In this document: positions 25,996 to 39,032 of the stretch, in pieces
How positions within the stretch are numbered: the stretch's first letter is position 1
Layout: the number at the start of each line of letters is the position of its first letter
Assembly (NCBI GenBank): GCA_028534125.1
Contig: CM052816.1
Coordinates: 7,194,001-7,258,000, forward strand
DNA from: Lama glama
Taxonomy: Eukaryota
Reading direction: 5' to 3'
DNA: 64,000 bases
Made by a program: the position numbers and the translations under genes
The notes under the pieces: generated by a model
What the model was told of the DNA's origin: nothing
The model's input: the letters and a program-made list of their open reading frames with translations, nothing else
Database searches by the model: none

Positions 25996-26175
25996 TAAAC
26001 AAGATTATACTGGATAGCACAGGGACATATACACAAGATCTTATGGTAGCTCACGGAGAAAAAAATGTGACAATGAATATATATATGTTCACGTATAACT
26101 GAAAAGTTGTGCTTTACACTGGAATTTGACACAACATTTTAAAATGATTATAACTCAATAAAAAATGTTGAAAAA
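25996..26175 (+). mobile_element. LINE-1 3' UTR fragment inserted in a MIR core
   Basis: taaacaagattatactgg…ggaatttgacacaacatt…ctcaataaaaaatgttgaaaaaaa; flanks aaaatggggcta / aaaatggggata. Confidence 0.9.
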
Positions 26176-26475
26176 AATGGGGATAATAATTGGCAACTTC
26201 ACAGGGTTTTTGAGGAGATTAAATGAGACATGGCATGAAAAGAATTCCTTTCAGGGCCTGGCATTTTGTAAGTCCCCACGCTTCCTGGTCTTTATCTCTT
26301 CTCCCTTCTCACAGTCCCCAACTCACCCTCTTTCTTCTTTTAAATTTTAATTGTATTCGATGTATCATATGAGTAGGTAATTCATACAAAAGCCTACGTG
26401 AAAAATCTCTTCCTATAGACCCTCTGTGTGTTTTGAATTTGTTTACATAGTCTCTCCTTTTTCACACAAACGGTA

Positions 26476-26479
<4 letters not shown>

Positions 26480-26530
<51 letters not shown>
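26480..26530. repeat. (TA)n microsatellite, about 25 units
   Basis: Pure TA run. Confidence 0.97.
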
Positions 26531-26533
<3 letters not shown>

Positions 26534-26934
26534 TTCATTCATTATTCTGCACTCTGCTTTTCACTACTTAATACTATAATAAAGAAGCCATTCCATAGTA
26601 TATATAAAAAGCCATTCCACTCATCTTCTATAAAAAGCTGCACCACACTCCATTATGTGGATGTCCCACAGTTTATCTAACCGATGTGTGAGGGGGATGT
26701 TTAGGCTGTTTCCAATCTTCCCCAGTTAGAAAGGGTGATGCAGAGAATATGCTGTCCTTCTGAAATTCCGTTCAGCTTCCCTCAGCCACCATCACCCGGA
26801 GGGAAGAGACCACATGGGGACCACAGGACACAGGCAGCACAGGCCAGAGGTTCGACATGTGAGCCCCAGAGCGGTCAGGACAGCGTCTGAGTCCACTGCT
26901 CTGTGCCTTGCACCCGTGTCTTACTCCAAGGCAG

Positions 26935-27018
26935 TGGGGCCCAGAAATTCGCATTTCTAACAAATTTCCAGGTGATGCCAATGCTGCTGGTGCAGGGATC
27001 ACACTTTGAGAACCACTG
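26935..27018. mobile_element. MER5A-like hAT-Charlie MITE fragment
   Basis: gcatttctaacaaatttccaggtgatgccaatgctgctggt…cacactttgagaaccactg. Confidence 0.8.
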
Positions 27019-28384
27019 CTCTACACCTCTAAAGTGGGGAATCCGATCATTCCCATCTCATAGGTTTATTGTGGGGATGTAGCCCTTGAGCACTGCGCTA
27101 GCACCAGACAAAGAACTGAATACAATCTTAGCAATTATTACCATACCTGCCCCCTCACCACAGAGAGAAAAGGAAAGCCAGAAACAAGGAAGCTGCACAG
27201 CGATCCTCAGAGTCCTGATCTAGGCTGGAGGTTTGGGGTGTGCTGGAGTTTCTCCCCCAAATCTCCTTTAAGCCTCAGGTCTTTGAATGGCTAGGGAACT
27301 CTGCTGAGCTGCCTGGCCATCAGAAATCTTCACTTTTATGGCAGCTGGGGGTGGAGAACTAAGGGGGTAGGAGCCCAATCCAAAACCCCATTGTCCACCA
27401 CAGTGATGGACGCTTCTCGGAGCACCATCCTGTGCCAGCTTGTTCCTTGGCAAAGGGGGTTACCCAAGAGGACAGAGAAGGGCCCTCCCTGTCCCATCCC
27501 AACCCTCACCCTGTGGCCATCAAAGGGCCCCTTCCAATCTTAGAGCCTTTGTAATTTGCTCTCATTAACCGAGCTTTGTTCTGGTTGGCGCGGGGGGTGG
27601 GGGTAGTGGAGAACCCCAGGCGTCCACTGCAGGCCTGGTCATGCCCCTACCGCCCTCTCCTTCCTGCCCTGGGAGGGGAAGCCCGGAGTGAAGGCCATGC
27701 TTGGTTCCTTCCCACGCCACCCTCTCTGCAGGGAGCCAGGGGACTCAGGAGAGCCGGACGTGGCTGGCGGAAGTGTGTGAATCTGTTAGAAGAAGGGCAC
27801 TTGGCAGAGTACCAAAATCACTGGGCTGGGGTCAGGGACTGGGCTGTGTGACTTTTGGAAAGGCCTTTGCCCTCTCTGAGCCTCACTGTTCCTTTTGGTA
27901 AAACAAGGCGTTCTCAGGCTCTGTACCTGATGCCCTGAGTCAGTGTCAGTTCCCAGAATTAAAAAGTCAGCAGCATTTTCCTTTGGCTCACCTGTGCCCA
28001 GATCCGGAGACCTTGAGCTCCAGCTCCTGCACCTCTGCTGCTTGGTGCCCCAACTTGCCACCGTCACTTCCCAGCCTCCTTCCACCATCTCCAGCTTGCA
28101 TTCCATTCCCAGGTCTCACAAGACAACGACATACCACCGCGACACTGCACTACTTGCTGGCTGTGGGTCTGCAGGGATTCAGAGTTCCCATGGGTAAATG
28201 GAAATAACATCGTTATCCACTGCCTAGAGTTGTTGTGAGCGTTCAGTAAGATGATACACAAGCAGGGTCCTCAGCACGGTGTCAGGCACACGATAAACTC
28301 AACAACTGTGAGCCCCTCTTGTGATTATCATTGCTAGCAGAACCAGGGATCTGGGCAGACAGTCTCCCAACTCTTTTTTTAAAA

Positions 28385-28860
28385 ACACCTTTATTGTGGT
28401 ATGGTTCCTGTACAGTAAACTACACATATGTCAGATGTACAATTTGATGAGTTTTGAGAGATGTAGACACCCATGAAACCACCACCACAATCAAGACAGC
28501 TAACATTTTCATCATTCCCCAAGAGGTGCAATTTTTGAATTCCCAATTTATCGCTTCCCACCCCCTTTACCCCCTGGTAACCGTAAGTTTGTTCTCTATA
28601 TCTATGAGTCTGTTTCTGTTTTATAGATAATTTCCTTTGTGTCCTTTCTTTTTTATTTAGATTCCACATATGAGTGATATCATATGGCATTTTTCTTTCT
28701 CTTTCTGGCTTACTTCACTCAGAATGACAATCTCCAGGTCCATCCATGTTGCTGCAAATGGCATTATTTTATTCTTTTTTATGACTGAGTAGTATTCCAT
28801 TGTATAAATATACCACAGCCTCTTTATCCAGTCATCTGTCAATAGACATGTGGACAATCC
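28385..28860 (-). mobile_element. Old L1 3' end with a younger antisense L1 3' fragment (about 28525-28850)
   Basis: ORF 28657-28908(-) contains DDWIKRLWYIYTMEYYS…IMPFAATWMDLEIVILSEVSQ (L1 ORF2 end); tttattgtggt…tgtacaatttgatgagtttt resembles an L1MB terminus. Confidence 0.88.
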
Positions 28861-29584
28861 CCTAACTCTTGAGACCCAATGTCTTTGCTTGACTCTTTGT
28901 TTTAACATTTTACCACTCTTTCCTCTATCCCTAACACCTGATTATCTAGAAACTGTCCAACTTGTCTTTTTTTGTCAATGAAAAGACATAATTTTATTTC
29001 TTCTTTCCTTCAATAAACATTCAAATATTTATAAAGCCCCTACCACATCCCAGGCCCAGCAGCCATCAAAGCAAAAAAAGATCAGGAGGGTCCCTGACCT
29101 AGGTGGGGAGGCAGGGAATAATTGAGTAAGTTAATATGTGATTATAACTTGGAACTACCCTCTGGATGGTACGGTAGAGGCAAGAGAGGGCTCAGATATT
29201 GTAGGCTGAGGTCCTTCACAGATGGGGTGCATCTCACACTGGGCAAAATCAGATATCACAGGATCTCCATTCCCAGGGTGCTTAGGGGCCTGTAGGTGAA
29301 GGGAGTGTCAGGGTGGAGGAGGGCTGCTCGGTAGACAGTGGCTGCAAGCGGGATATGGTAAGTGACTCTGATGAGTCACCAGGCCTCCCTGATCTGCTTA
29401 GCTTATTTAATAGGAGCAAGAAAACTGACTTCCCTTGGTCCCAGGAAGGGCTGCAGAGACTTCTGACATGAGAGAATTGTTCATGTGTGCCTTCATTTAT
29501 TCTCAAAAGATCCCTTGAGCGCCTACTCTGTGCTCTGTACTGGAGGGATGGCGAACCCATGGGCTGGGCTCTTGAGAGGCTGAT

Positions 29585-29745
29585 AATAACAGCCAGGAGT
29601 TATTGCGTGTTACTATGTTTCAGGTACTTTATCCATATTAAGTCATTTTATCGTTGAAAGAGTCTTATGGTGACAGTTCTTATTCTTCCACATTTTATAG
29701 GCGAGGAAGCTGATGCACAGACAGGCTGAATGACTTGCCCAATGT
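29585..29745 (-). mobile_element. MIR SINE
   Basis: cattttataggcgaggaagctga…tgacttgccca. Confidence 0.7.
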
Positions 29746-29774
29746 TCCCAGTAGTTTACCTGCAATCACTACAC

Positions 29775-30190
29775 CAGTGGTTCTCAGGAGTGGCCCGGGG
29801 AACCGTGAGGGTCCCAGAGACCTTTGCATGTGGTCCAAAAGGTCAAAGTAGTTTTCCTCGTGACTAAGAACTTGCTTGCCTTTTTCACTCTCATCTTCTC
29901 ATGAATGCACAGTGGAGTTTTTCAGAAGCTTCATGGTTTATGATATCACAACAAGCAGTGAGGAGAACCCCAATGTCTTATGCAGAGATGTGCAAAAATG
30001 TAAAATAATGCCACTCTCCTCACTGTTTTTTTTTTATTTTGAAAATCTTTTTCATAAGGATACTTTATGACTATGTGATGGGTTTATTGTTACTTTTATA
30101 ATAAATTGCCCCATCAGGATTGAGAATGTTTTTCTCAGTGTTAATTTCTAAAAAGGTAAGAATGTAAAGGGGTTTGGAGACCAAAAAGCC
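29775..30190. mobile_element. hAT-Charlie family DNA transposon remnant (Charlie7/MER119-like)
   Basis: cagtggttctca…gggtcccagagaccttt…ggtcaaagtagtttt…gcctttttcactctcat…cagtggagtttttcaga. Confidence 0.65.
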
Positions 30191-32749
30191 CCCGTCATCG
30201 TAACGCGGGCATAATGCTCCAGGAGAGGCCTGGTGGAGGTGTGGTCCGTGTGTTGCTTGCTGGTATCATTAGCACAATGAAGAGACAGATCCCTGGACCA
30301 TGCTACATGGAGAACCAGCCCCATCACAAATCAGTGTCTGTGATTCAGAGCGTCCGCCCTTGTGTCTTGCAATATGGGAGTTAAATTTTAAACTCCTAAT
30401 TGTGTTTCTCTTTCTATAGCTTCCTGAGGACTATGCCTTCTGTATGTTGATCAGCCACCCCTCCAGTGTCTAAGGTGACTTCCCCACTCTTTAAGATGCC
30501 CTCCCCCTGACTTGAGTTCTGCAAAATAAATCTTGTTTCCTACACAGCCTGCATGTCACATAAAATGTTCACAAACATTCCTGCCAAATTTGGTGACAAT
30601 CCATCCAGCTGCTTTCATTTGATACAGTGACAAATCAAGACTGAATAATTTAAAAGGAGGGTAACAGTGATAGCAGGAATTCGGTCAATGTTAATGGCCT
30701 GGAGACAAATGCCAAACCATGGCAGACCTGAGGAAAATTCTGTGAAAACTTTCACAAAATCTGTATGTGCTCCTTGAGGGGGGATCTCGTCTTCTGGATG
30801 GCAATCTTGATACTGTCTTTTAGAATATTCTCTTGATCTGGAACTCTACAGGAGCTTCTTGGAGGAATTCCAAAGGACATCTATTGGAGAGGAATTTCAT
30901 TCCAGAAATATTAAGTTATAATCTGACAAGAACAGGATTCTAACTTAGTGTTTCTCCAAAAGACGAGAGCTAAGTTTTTAGCCATCTTGGTTTGAAATAC
31001 TACAGTTGCGCGCAGTGTGTTTGTTCTCTGTACAGACACACCCCAGAGCATTCTCTACCATGTCTGGCAAATCGGCTTCACCTGGCTCTGCTTTGAACTT
31101 TGTAACCCATGCAGAGGCTTTCCCAGGAGCTGATCTGGTTTTGGAAACTCACGATGGATGGCACGGTGTCAAAAGGAATGAGCTTCCCATCTGATCTGAA
31201 AAAATAGTGCCGACCACAGATTTCTGTTCCTGAATCAGGATATTCCTGTGTGATTCTGGCTAAATTGTTAGACATTCTAGAGCTTCAGCAACTAAGCTGT
31301 CAAATGGAAAAAGAAATCTACCCTTCCAGCTTTGTTCTGAGGATCAAATGAGGTAAAAGACTCTAAAAAACAGAAAGCCCTTGTCTCTCTTCTGAGGCCT
31401 TCACACATGCTTTGCTCCCTATCTGGAAGCAGCTCCGACCCTGCCCTGCAGTCCTAACCTATGGCTTGCTCTGCTCCAGCCATGCTGGCCTGCCCTGCAA
31501 GCCTGTCTCAGGACCTTTGCAGCTGCCATGCCCTATGCATGAAATGCTCTTCCCTCAGGGACTGCACAGCCAACTCCTTGATTTCCTTCAGGTCTCGGTT
31601 CAAATGTCACTTTGTCAGAAAGGCCTTCTCCTGATGCACTATGTGAACTAACATCCAACCCCCAGGAGCTCTCAATTCCCCTTACACCACATCCACGTTC
31701 TTCAGAGCACGTACGCATTTTATAGCTATTTATCTGTTGATTATCTGACTAAAATGTCAGTTTCAAGAGAGCAGGGGTTTTGCTTTATTCTGCTATAATC
31801 CTAAAGCATAGAACCTAGCATGCATGCTCTCCTCCACCAAAATAATAATAATAAGAAAATCAGCAGACAGGCATATCAGAGTACAAAACAGGGTGGGTGG
31901 AGTGGAAAAGACTTCGGCAGGGCAGACCATACAGAACAAAGAGGAGGCCCCATGTTCCTTCCTGCCCCAACTCCCACCTCTTGGCTTAGATGTATTAGAG
32001 CAAATCCTCAGTATAATTATGAGCATTTGGATTGTTTACTCCTTATTAACCACTCTCTTTGCTCACTTAATTGGTCCAAAGCCCGCAGTATGAGTAACTA
32101 ACTGTGCAGCAACAACATGGCATGTGGCGAGCCAGTAGCGGCAGGGTGATTACACAGCGAGGGCTGCGCTTGCACTAACAGGGCTCTGGGTGCAATTCTC
32201 ATGCAGTAATGGGGCTCAGACGGGTGGCTACTGCTGCCCACGGCACCTTTGATATCTTGGCAAACACACCCAGTGGGACTTGCCGAGCCCCGGCATCTCA
32301 CTCTGGGCTTCCTTCAGGTGCCTGATTGTCTCCAGGATTCCATGCTCTCTGAGTATCCTACTCAAACAGGCAGAGTAATTCACATCCCTGCTTCAGTAAG
32401 AGTAAAATCCAAGCCCCATATCCATGGCCTGCCTTCTACTTGCCTGACCACCTCACCTCATAATGTTTCTCCTCACTCAACTCCTGCTTGCTTTTCTCTA
32501 CAGATCCTGCCTCAAGCCCTTTACACTAGCTGTTCCCTTATATCCTCATGTGGCTACCTCTTCTTATCCATCTATCAGCTTATATGAATGACTGGATGGA
32601 TTGCATGACTTTGGGCAAATCCTGGTCTCCCTCTGAATCTCCATTTCTCCAGCTGAGAAATGGGTAGATGGATTCAGGGTCTACTTTCCTCTCCAAAACG
32701 TATGTCTGAGCACTGTGCTCATCACTGAATGAGGCCACAAAATTTTTTT

Positions 32750-33320
32750 GAGACCTTACTGGGCACTGGGTCCAAGTGGGCAAGGTAAATAGTGGTGATA
32801 AAAGAAGGAAGAAATACTGCTCTCCAGGGGAGTACATTCTAGTGGGAAGACATCGACAGACAATAAACATAGAAACAAATAAATAATTTCAGTTACTGTA
32901 AGTGCTGTAGGATGATAAAAATAAAAGAATGTGATGGAGAGTGAGCGATGGTGGAGGGGCTGTGGTTAGAGCAGTCAAGGAGGGCCTCTCTGAGGAGGTG
33001 ATTTTTGAATTGAGACCTGGACAATAGCAAGCTGGATGAACACTCCAAGAAGCAGCAATTGCAGGGGTCCAGAAAAAGGAACGAGGGTGCCATCTTCTAA
33101 GAGAAGGAAGAAGGGGAAAGATGAGCAGCAGGCAGGAGGCAGAGTATGAAGGTCTTGTCCAGGGGTCATGGTACATTGTGTGGGTTTCACACTAAGGGCC
33201 ATGGAATGTCCATGGAGGGTTTTAGGAGAAGAGTGATTTATATATCACAGCAAATAATTTAGCTGCTTTGAGAACAGATTACAGGGAGTCAAGAGAGGAG
33301 GTAGGGGAGGAAACATCCAG
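32750..33320 (-). mobile_element. LINE-2 fragment
   Basis: gtcaaggagggcctctctgaggaggtgatttttgaattgagacctg…ggagggttttagg. Confidence 0.75.
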
Positions 33321-36039
33321 GGGATAACAGGCAGCATCTGGGTCAAGGGCAGTTTTGGGGCTGATGGATTGGATGTGCTCATGAGAGAGGGAGAGGCATG
33401 TGGGATATCCTTAACACATGTTTGATGAGTATAAACAAGGCTCCGTGATCCCTGCAGGGTGCTAGTTTGCCGAAGGGCTCAGCATTGGGATTTAGGCACA
33501 TCTGAAATGATAACAGGATGATCTTTGTATTTCCCACTTGTCCTTGTCCTCAGGAGCAGGAACCAGGTGGGTTTTGTCCCTTTACCCCTGGTGCTTTGCA
33601 CAATGCCAGGCACAGACTGACACTTACAACAGTTACAAATGCTTTCTGGAGATTGTATGTCCCCAGGCACCTTACGGGGAGGCTGGGAGGCTGGGCCAAG
33701 GCTCTCAATACACATGCTACCTCATAGTCCTATTGGTCCCTTCATTAACCAATCAACTCTGCTGCATCCCCACTACCAAATGCAGATCACCCAGAGTCCT
33801 CCTCCTGTCGCAGGCTCTCAATTTTGATGTAGTCTGGCTGTTTTTCCAGCCCAAAAATATGCCCACTGCTTAAAATTTACCAAAAGTCTGGATCTCCAAC
33901 CCCTTCTTCCTCTGAGGGTCACGTGCACATTCACAGAGGCTGTTGGGAGACCCAGGAATGTGTTTCATACTAAGGGTGGAATTTCCACTGTACGGGGGAA
34001 ATGTTAGAGGTACGGGTACTTTGGGGAGGGGATAATCTCTATTAGTCCAGGCTTCTTTTGGCTAAAGGGATCCCCACTCTGTCTATGACTGTGGTTGGTA
34101 CAGGAAAAACAACTTCCTTTTTCAGAAGGCGCCCCCCAGGATGCCTCTAGCGGGACGAGGGCTGCCCCAGAGAGCTTCTCGGGGAAGGGACTCCAACCCT
34201 TGCATTCTTGGCTCAATCTGACTCTGCAGGCTTCGCCCTGTTCCAGAGCTAATAAGAAAGCACAGCCCCAAGGCACTGGGCTTTATAGTAAAATTTTAAT
34301 AGCCACAGTGGGTTTGATCCCACACTCCTGGGAGAATTAGTCACTCCAGGTTCAAGTGAGGAATTTATGGGCAGGCCTCAACAATCTGCTTCTAATTTGG
34401 GGATAGAAACTTTGGTTCAAGAATCCCAAGAGAAAATACGGTGTAGACAAGGAGGTCGAGGTTCCTACTGTTCAAAAAATTCTATTAGTCTATGTGTCTG
34501 GCACTGTGCTAGTCCAGGCTCTTTCCTGCGAGTCTAAAGCTGTGTGATTCGGGGCAAGTTCCTCCCCATCTCTGGGCCTCAGCCTCCTGACTTGCAAATG
34601 ATACAGTGAGACTCTTCCCAGCTCTGAGGTCTCATGTCTGGGTCTATGAATGACAAATGGCATCTCCAGCTGCAGCTGCTCCATGGGAGGCCTTACGGAA
34701 AGTTGGCTTTGGAGGCAGAGCAATTCCTAGATGCACAAGCATGCCCTGCCCTGAAACCCTGCTGGCCCTTCTGCTTCTGAGGGAGGCATGGAAGGAGTTA
34801 AAGTTGGCTCAGCCAGGCAGGGAGAGACTCACTCAATCTCCTCCCTCTTCAGGTCCTCTCCTCTTTTTGTTCTCAGGGATTTTCTCAGCTTGCTGAGGTT
34901 AGGTAAGCTCCCTTGCTGGGCTGGGAGACATGCCCCTCTGTCTCTCTGCTGTGTGAGAGAGCAGAGCTGTAGTGACTTGCCTTAGCTCTTCCCCTAGGCA
35001 AGAAATCTGAAGCTAAGGTAAGGGGTGGAGAAATCTTGGAACCTGACACAGTGATTCTAGCTGGAGCCAGAAGAGGCTTTAGAGTTTATGAGTCCAACTA
35101 ACTCCTTTTGCAGATGGGGAAACTGAGGCCCAGAAAGGGGACTTTTCTTAGGTTCATCCATAGAATTAGAGATAGAGACTAAATGTAGGTTCCCAGAATC
35201 CCAGGCCAAATCTTTTCTCCTGGGCTGATTTCTGGAGTTTGGGGACAGTCCTCTGGGCTGAAGCTCTCAGGAAGAGATAACGTTGAGGTTGGGGGAAGGC
35301 AGGAAATAAGCAGAGGGGGCATGATTCCAGGTGTCATGAAAGCAGGAAAAAGGGCCTGACTCTTTGGTGATGCTTCTTGGAGCTGCCTTCCTGACATTCA
35401 TCCCTGCCTCTACCAGCTTGCTCCAGGCACCAGAAATGTCTACCCCTCTGATCCTCTGATCCTCCAATTGCAGTGGGCAGGTCTGTTTTTACTAAGAACC
35501 CAGTTTAGATGCAGGTTCCTTTGTGTAGGGCCCAGTTTAGTCAAGAGACCCTGCCACAATCCCCAGCTTCTTTTCTTATTAGCTGTGTGACCTTGGGCAA
35601 GTTGTTTAACTCTTCTGATTCTGAGCTACCTGTCTGAAGAATGGTAGCGCTAATAGTTCTCTCTTCACAGCGTTGTTGAGAGATGAGTGAGACAATGCAG
35701 GGCTGGGCATAAAGTAAGCACTGGAGAGATGACAGCAGCTATTATCACTCCTTAGCTTCCTCCTCGTCTCTTCCAGTAAAATGAACGTATTTCTAGGCCT
35801 GCCCTCCTCACAGGGCAGTGTAAAGCTCTAACAAGACAATGGAGATAAAGGAGCTTTATAAGTATGATGTGGAACCAGTGGTTTCTCTTGGCGGTCCCTC
35901 TAGCTAGTTTGTCCCATGGCTCCGTGGCTCTGGACAATTCCTCGATGGACCAGTTGTTGGTCAGCTGAGGATGTGGTGTAGGGGAAACACCAGAAAGCCA
36001 GAATCCCTGCTTTCCCTAATTCATAGGTCTATGGTGAAA

Positions 36040-36660
36040 CTGCAAAGCTCTATGCCTGCTCTGCATCCATTCCCCCTTCCTCTGGTTCCACATCTGATTT
36101 TCATGAGGGGTCCAGTCCACTCTAACCTTCAGTTTTAACCAGTGGTTTGGGGACAGCTGACCCAACCTAGGCTCCAGGGTTGGGGCTGAGACCTGGCCTT
36201 GCCAATTAGAGCCTTGAATTCCCTATGGTCACCATGATTGGTTAGGCGATGGGCCTGGGAGACAATCACAGCCAACCAGCTTTCATCCTGGAACTTCTAC
36301 CTGTAGTGATAGGGAGAAATGACTCATTCTCTTTCCTGCCTGACAAGAGCTGGGGTGAATGAGAGCTTGGAGCTTCTAGGCACCATCGGGTGAGGAGAAT
36401 CTACCTGATAATTAAGCAAGTGCAAAGGAAAACAGACAAAAGGTGGAGAAGGGCACTCTTCTGTCAATGTTGTTTGCACACCTGGCCCCAGATTTACCTA
36501 AAGCCAAACTATTCCTGAACTTATCAGGAATCAATTATTTTTATTATTTCCCTTCCTTCTTTCTTTCTATTAATTTCTCTGTCTATCCATTTATTTATTT
36601 TTGCTTAAGCCAATCTAATTTGGGTTTCTGTTACTTTCCATCAAAATTTCCTAATTGAGA
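36040..36660 (+). mobile_element. MaLR LTR (old MLT1, J/K-like)
   Basis: ccatgattggttaggcgatggg…ttttgcttaagcca…gggtttctgttactt. Confidence 0.65.
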
Positions 36661-36699
36661 CCAAAAAAAAAAAATGATAATAGTTACTGGGATAAACAA

Positions 36700-37210
36700 T
36701 GTTAGCTGCTGACTCAATATCCTTTTTTCCTCCTCTTCACTAATAGAATCGTGGTTGGAGGATGATGGCAGGAAGTAGTGTGGGAAGTCTCAAGAGAGAT
36801 GTGATGTTTGGTTTAAGCTAATCATGACGCCTCTGTTTCATGTTCTTCAGAATTCCTTACATTGACAGTGGTCATGTGACCTAGTTCTAAACCATGAAAC
36901 AAGGAGAAATCTGCTGGAAAAGGAAACATAAGAGACATCTTCGAAAACAGACATAGCCAGGACACCCTATCTCCCTTTTCCTGCATTGAAAGAGGATGTG
37001 ATGACTGGGATTACAGCAGCCACATTGTGACCATGAAGCAGGGGCCAAAAGAATTGCAGTGACACCAATTTTGACATCATTGAGCACTGAACTAATGTCA
37101 TCAGTTGTCTGCCTGTGTGTTTCTTATAATATTATAAAAACAAATACTTATTTGTTTAGGATACTGTTAGCTGGATTTTCTGTTATTTGCAACTCAAAGC
37201 ATTCTTTAGG
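36700..37210 (+). mobile_element. MaLR LTR (old MLT1, H/I/J-like)
   Basis: ggtcatgtgacctagttct…gcagccacattgtgaccatga…ttttctgttatttgcaactcaaagcattc. Confidence 0.7.
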
Positions 37211-38819
37211 AGTGAGTCATCTTAGTCATGCAGAATTCAAGTAGCTATCCAGCAATATCATTGACCCAAAACTCAGACAAGAATACTAAGAATAAAACAA
37301 ATAACATGTATTGGTTAGCTACTATTGCCAGGCAACACATTAAGTGCTTAAGTCGCATATAACCTCATGTTTAGTTGCAATAGTCTAACGAGGCAGATAC
37401 TATTATTTGTTCCATTTTATAGATCAGAGCCACAGAAAGATATTTTTTAGGGTCACAGGGCTAAAAAATGCTGGAGAAAAAAAGGCTTCAGAGTAGCCAA
37501 AATGAATTCTACCACGTATTTCACTCAGAGGAAAGCTCCTTGCTGAGATGGTATATGTACACATTTTCTACACAGTGTAGACATGGATTTATCTCACAGA
37601 ATCACTGCTGTACAGAAGAGAGAGAGAAGGGTCTCTGAAGCAAGTGACAGCTGACACTCTGCCAATGAGCAAAGAAAAAATATGAAAAAGAAAAGCCTGG
37701 CTCTTTCGGAGCAGGAGCAAACAGTCTAACATACTTTCACGGCCCTTGAGGACCCCCTCAGCATTAAGACTCAACTCAATCATTAATGTTTTATAATGGC
37801 CCTGAGTCATCAAGTAGAGATGAAGTCATGCTTAGCCTCTTGTTTGGGAAGGCAGGGAAGCAGTAATACATCTAGGGAAGTTTCCCACCTGAAATACTTA
37901 AAATTTTAGCATGTTCATCAGCAATACCTTTCTGCCCCACCCCTCCCCTCAGCCCAGTTCTCTCTGGAAAAATCAGCTGGTAGAATGCTCCCACTCCCAG
38001 AGGCCCAGAGGCCAAGGTGGTAGAGGACTGCATTTTTCATCACCATTTCCCCAAGATGTTCCCTTCCCAAGCCTATAAATGTCAACCAAAGGGTTTCTAG
38101 CAAAGGGGATCTTAATTATAATGCCTGGGGGTTACCAATGGGCACTCACAGCAACAGCGAGATGACTTGAAGAGCAGGACTCGGTTGGGACCTCTGCTCA
38201 CAGCCTGAGCTGGGATCAGGGAACACTGTACAAGGAGTGGGAGAAGAATCCGACAGAGGCAATTAAATCAATCCAATGTCTGGATGGGTAGGGCTCACTG
38301 AGCAAAGGGCTTGAAAGCAAAACCACACCAGGCTGAGATTGGATGTGGCCCTTGCTGTCCGTAAACTCAACTTGCTCTTTTAACAGATCGGAAAACTGAG
38401 GTCCAGAGAGGGAAAGGGACCTACTCAAGGTCACACAGCAAGGGTACAGCAGAGCTCAGAGCTTTCTTTCTGACTTTTGACCAAGGCAGAGGGGCACACT
38501 GAACAAAAGTCTGAGGGTTAGAGAGGTCGTTGAGACTTGTGTCCTGAGCTAGGAATGGGATCAACCTGGTTGAATTTCCTCTCCTACCTTGGGCCTCCTC
38601 TTTGGGACATCTGGGCCAGGTGGGGGGCCTCTCTGAGATACTGATTCAACAGGTATGTACTGAGTATCTACTATGTTCTCACAACAGTGAGAAAAATGGG
38701 AAGTGGTGCCTGTCCTCATGGGACTAACAGTCACACGTAGTGGTTGAGATGACATATTCTGGAATCATATGGCGAGGCCAAGCTTGGGGCCTCTTGTTTG
38801 CTGTGCTTAGACAAGTTAC

Positions 38820-39032
38820 AGAGGGAAAGACAGACATACAGACCACACAAGAGCCACAGAGACACAGGCAGAGTGACCTACACATTCACACACAGATGTA
38901 GACATTGCATACTCAGAGACACAAACACAGATGTATGTATAGACAGGTGTGCCCATCAGAGACACACATACCTATCACACACAACACATGAATGCGCACA
39001 CATATGAACACATACGTAAACACACACACATA
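38820..39032. repeat. Degenerate (CA)/(GA)-rich low-complexity tract
   Basis: acagacatacagaccacac…cacacacaca. Confidence 0.7.
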
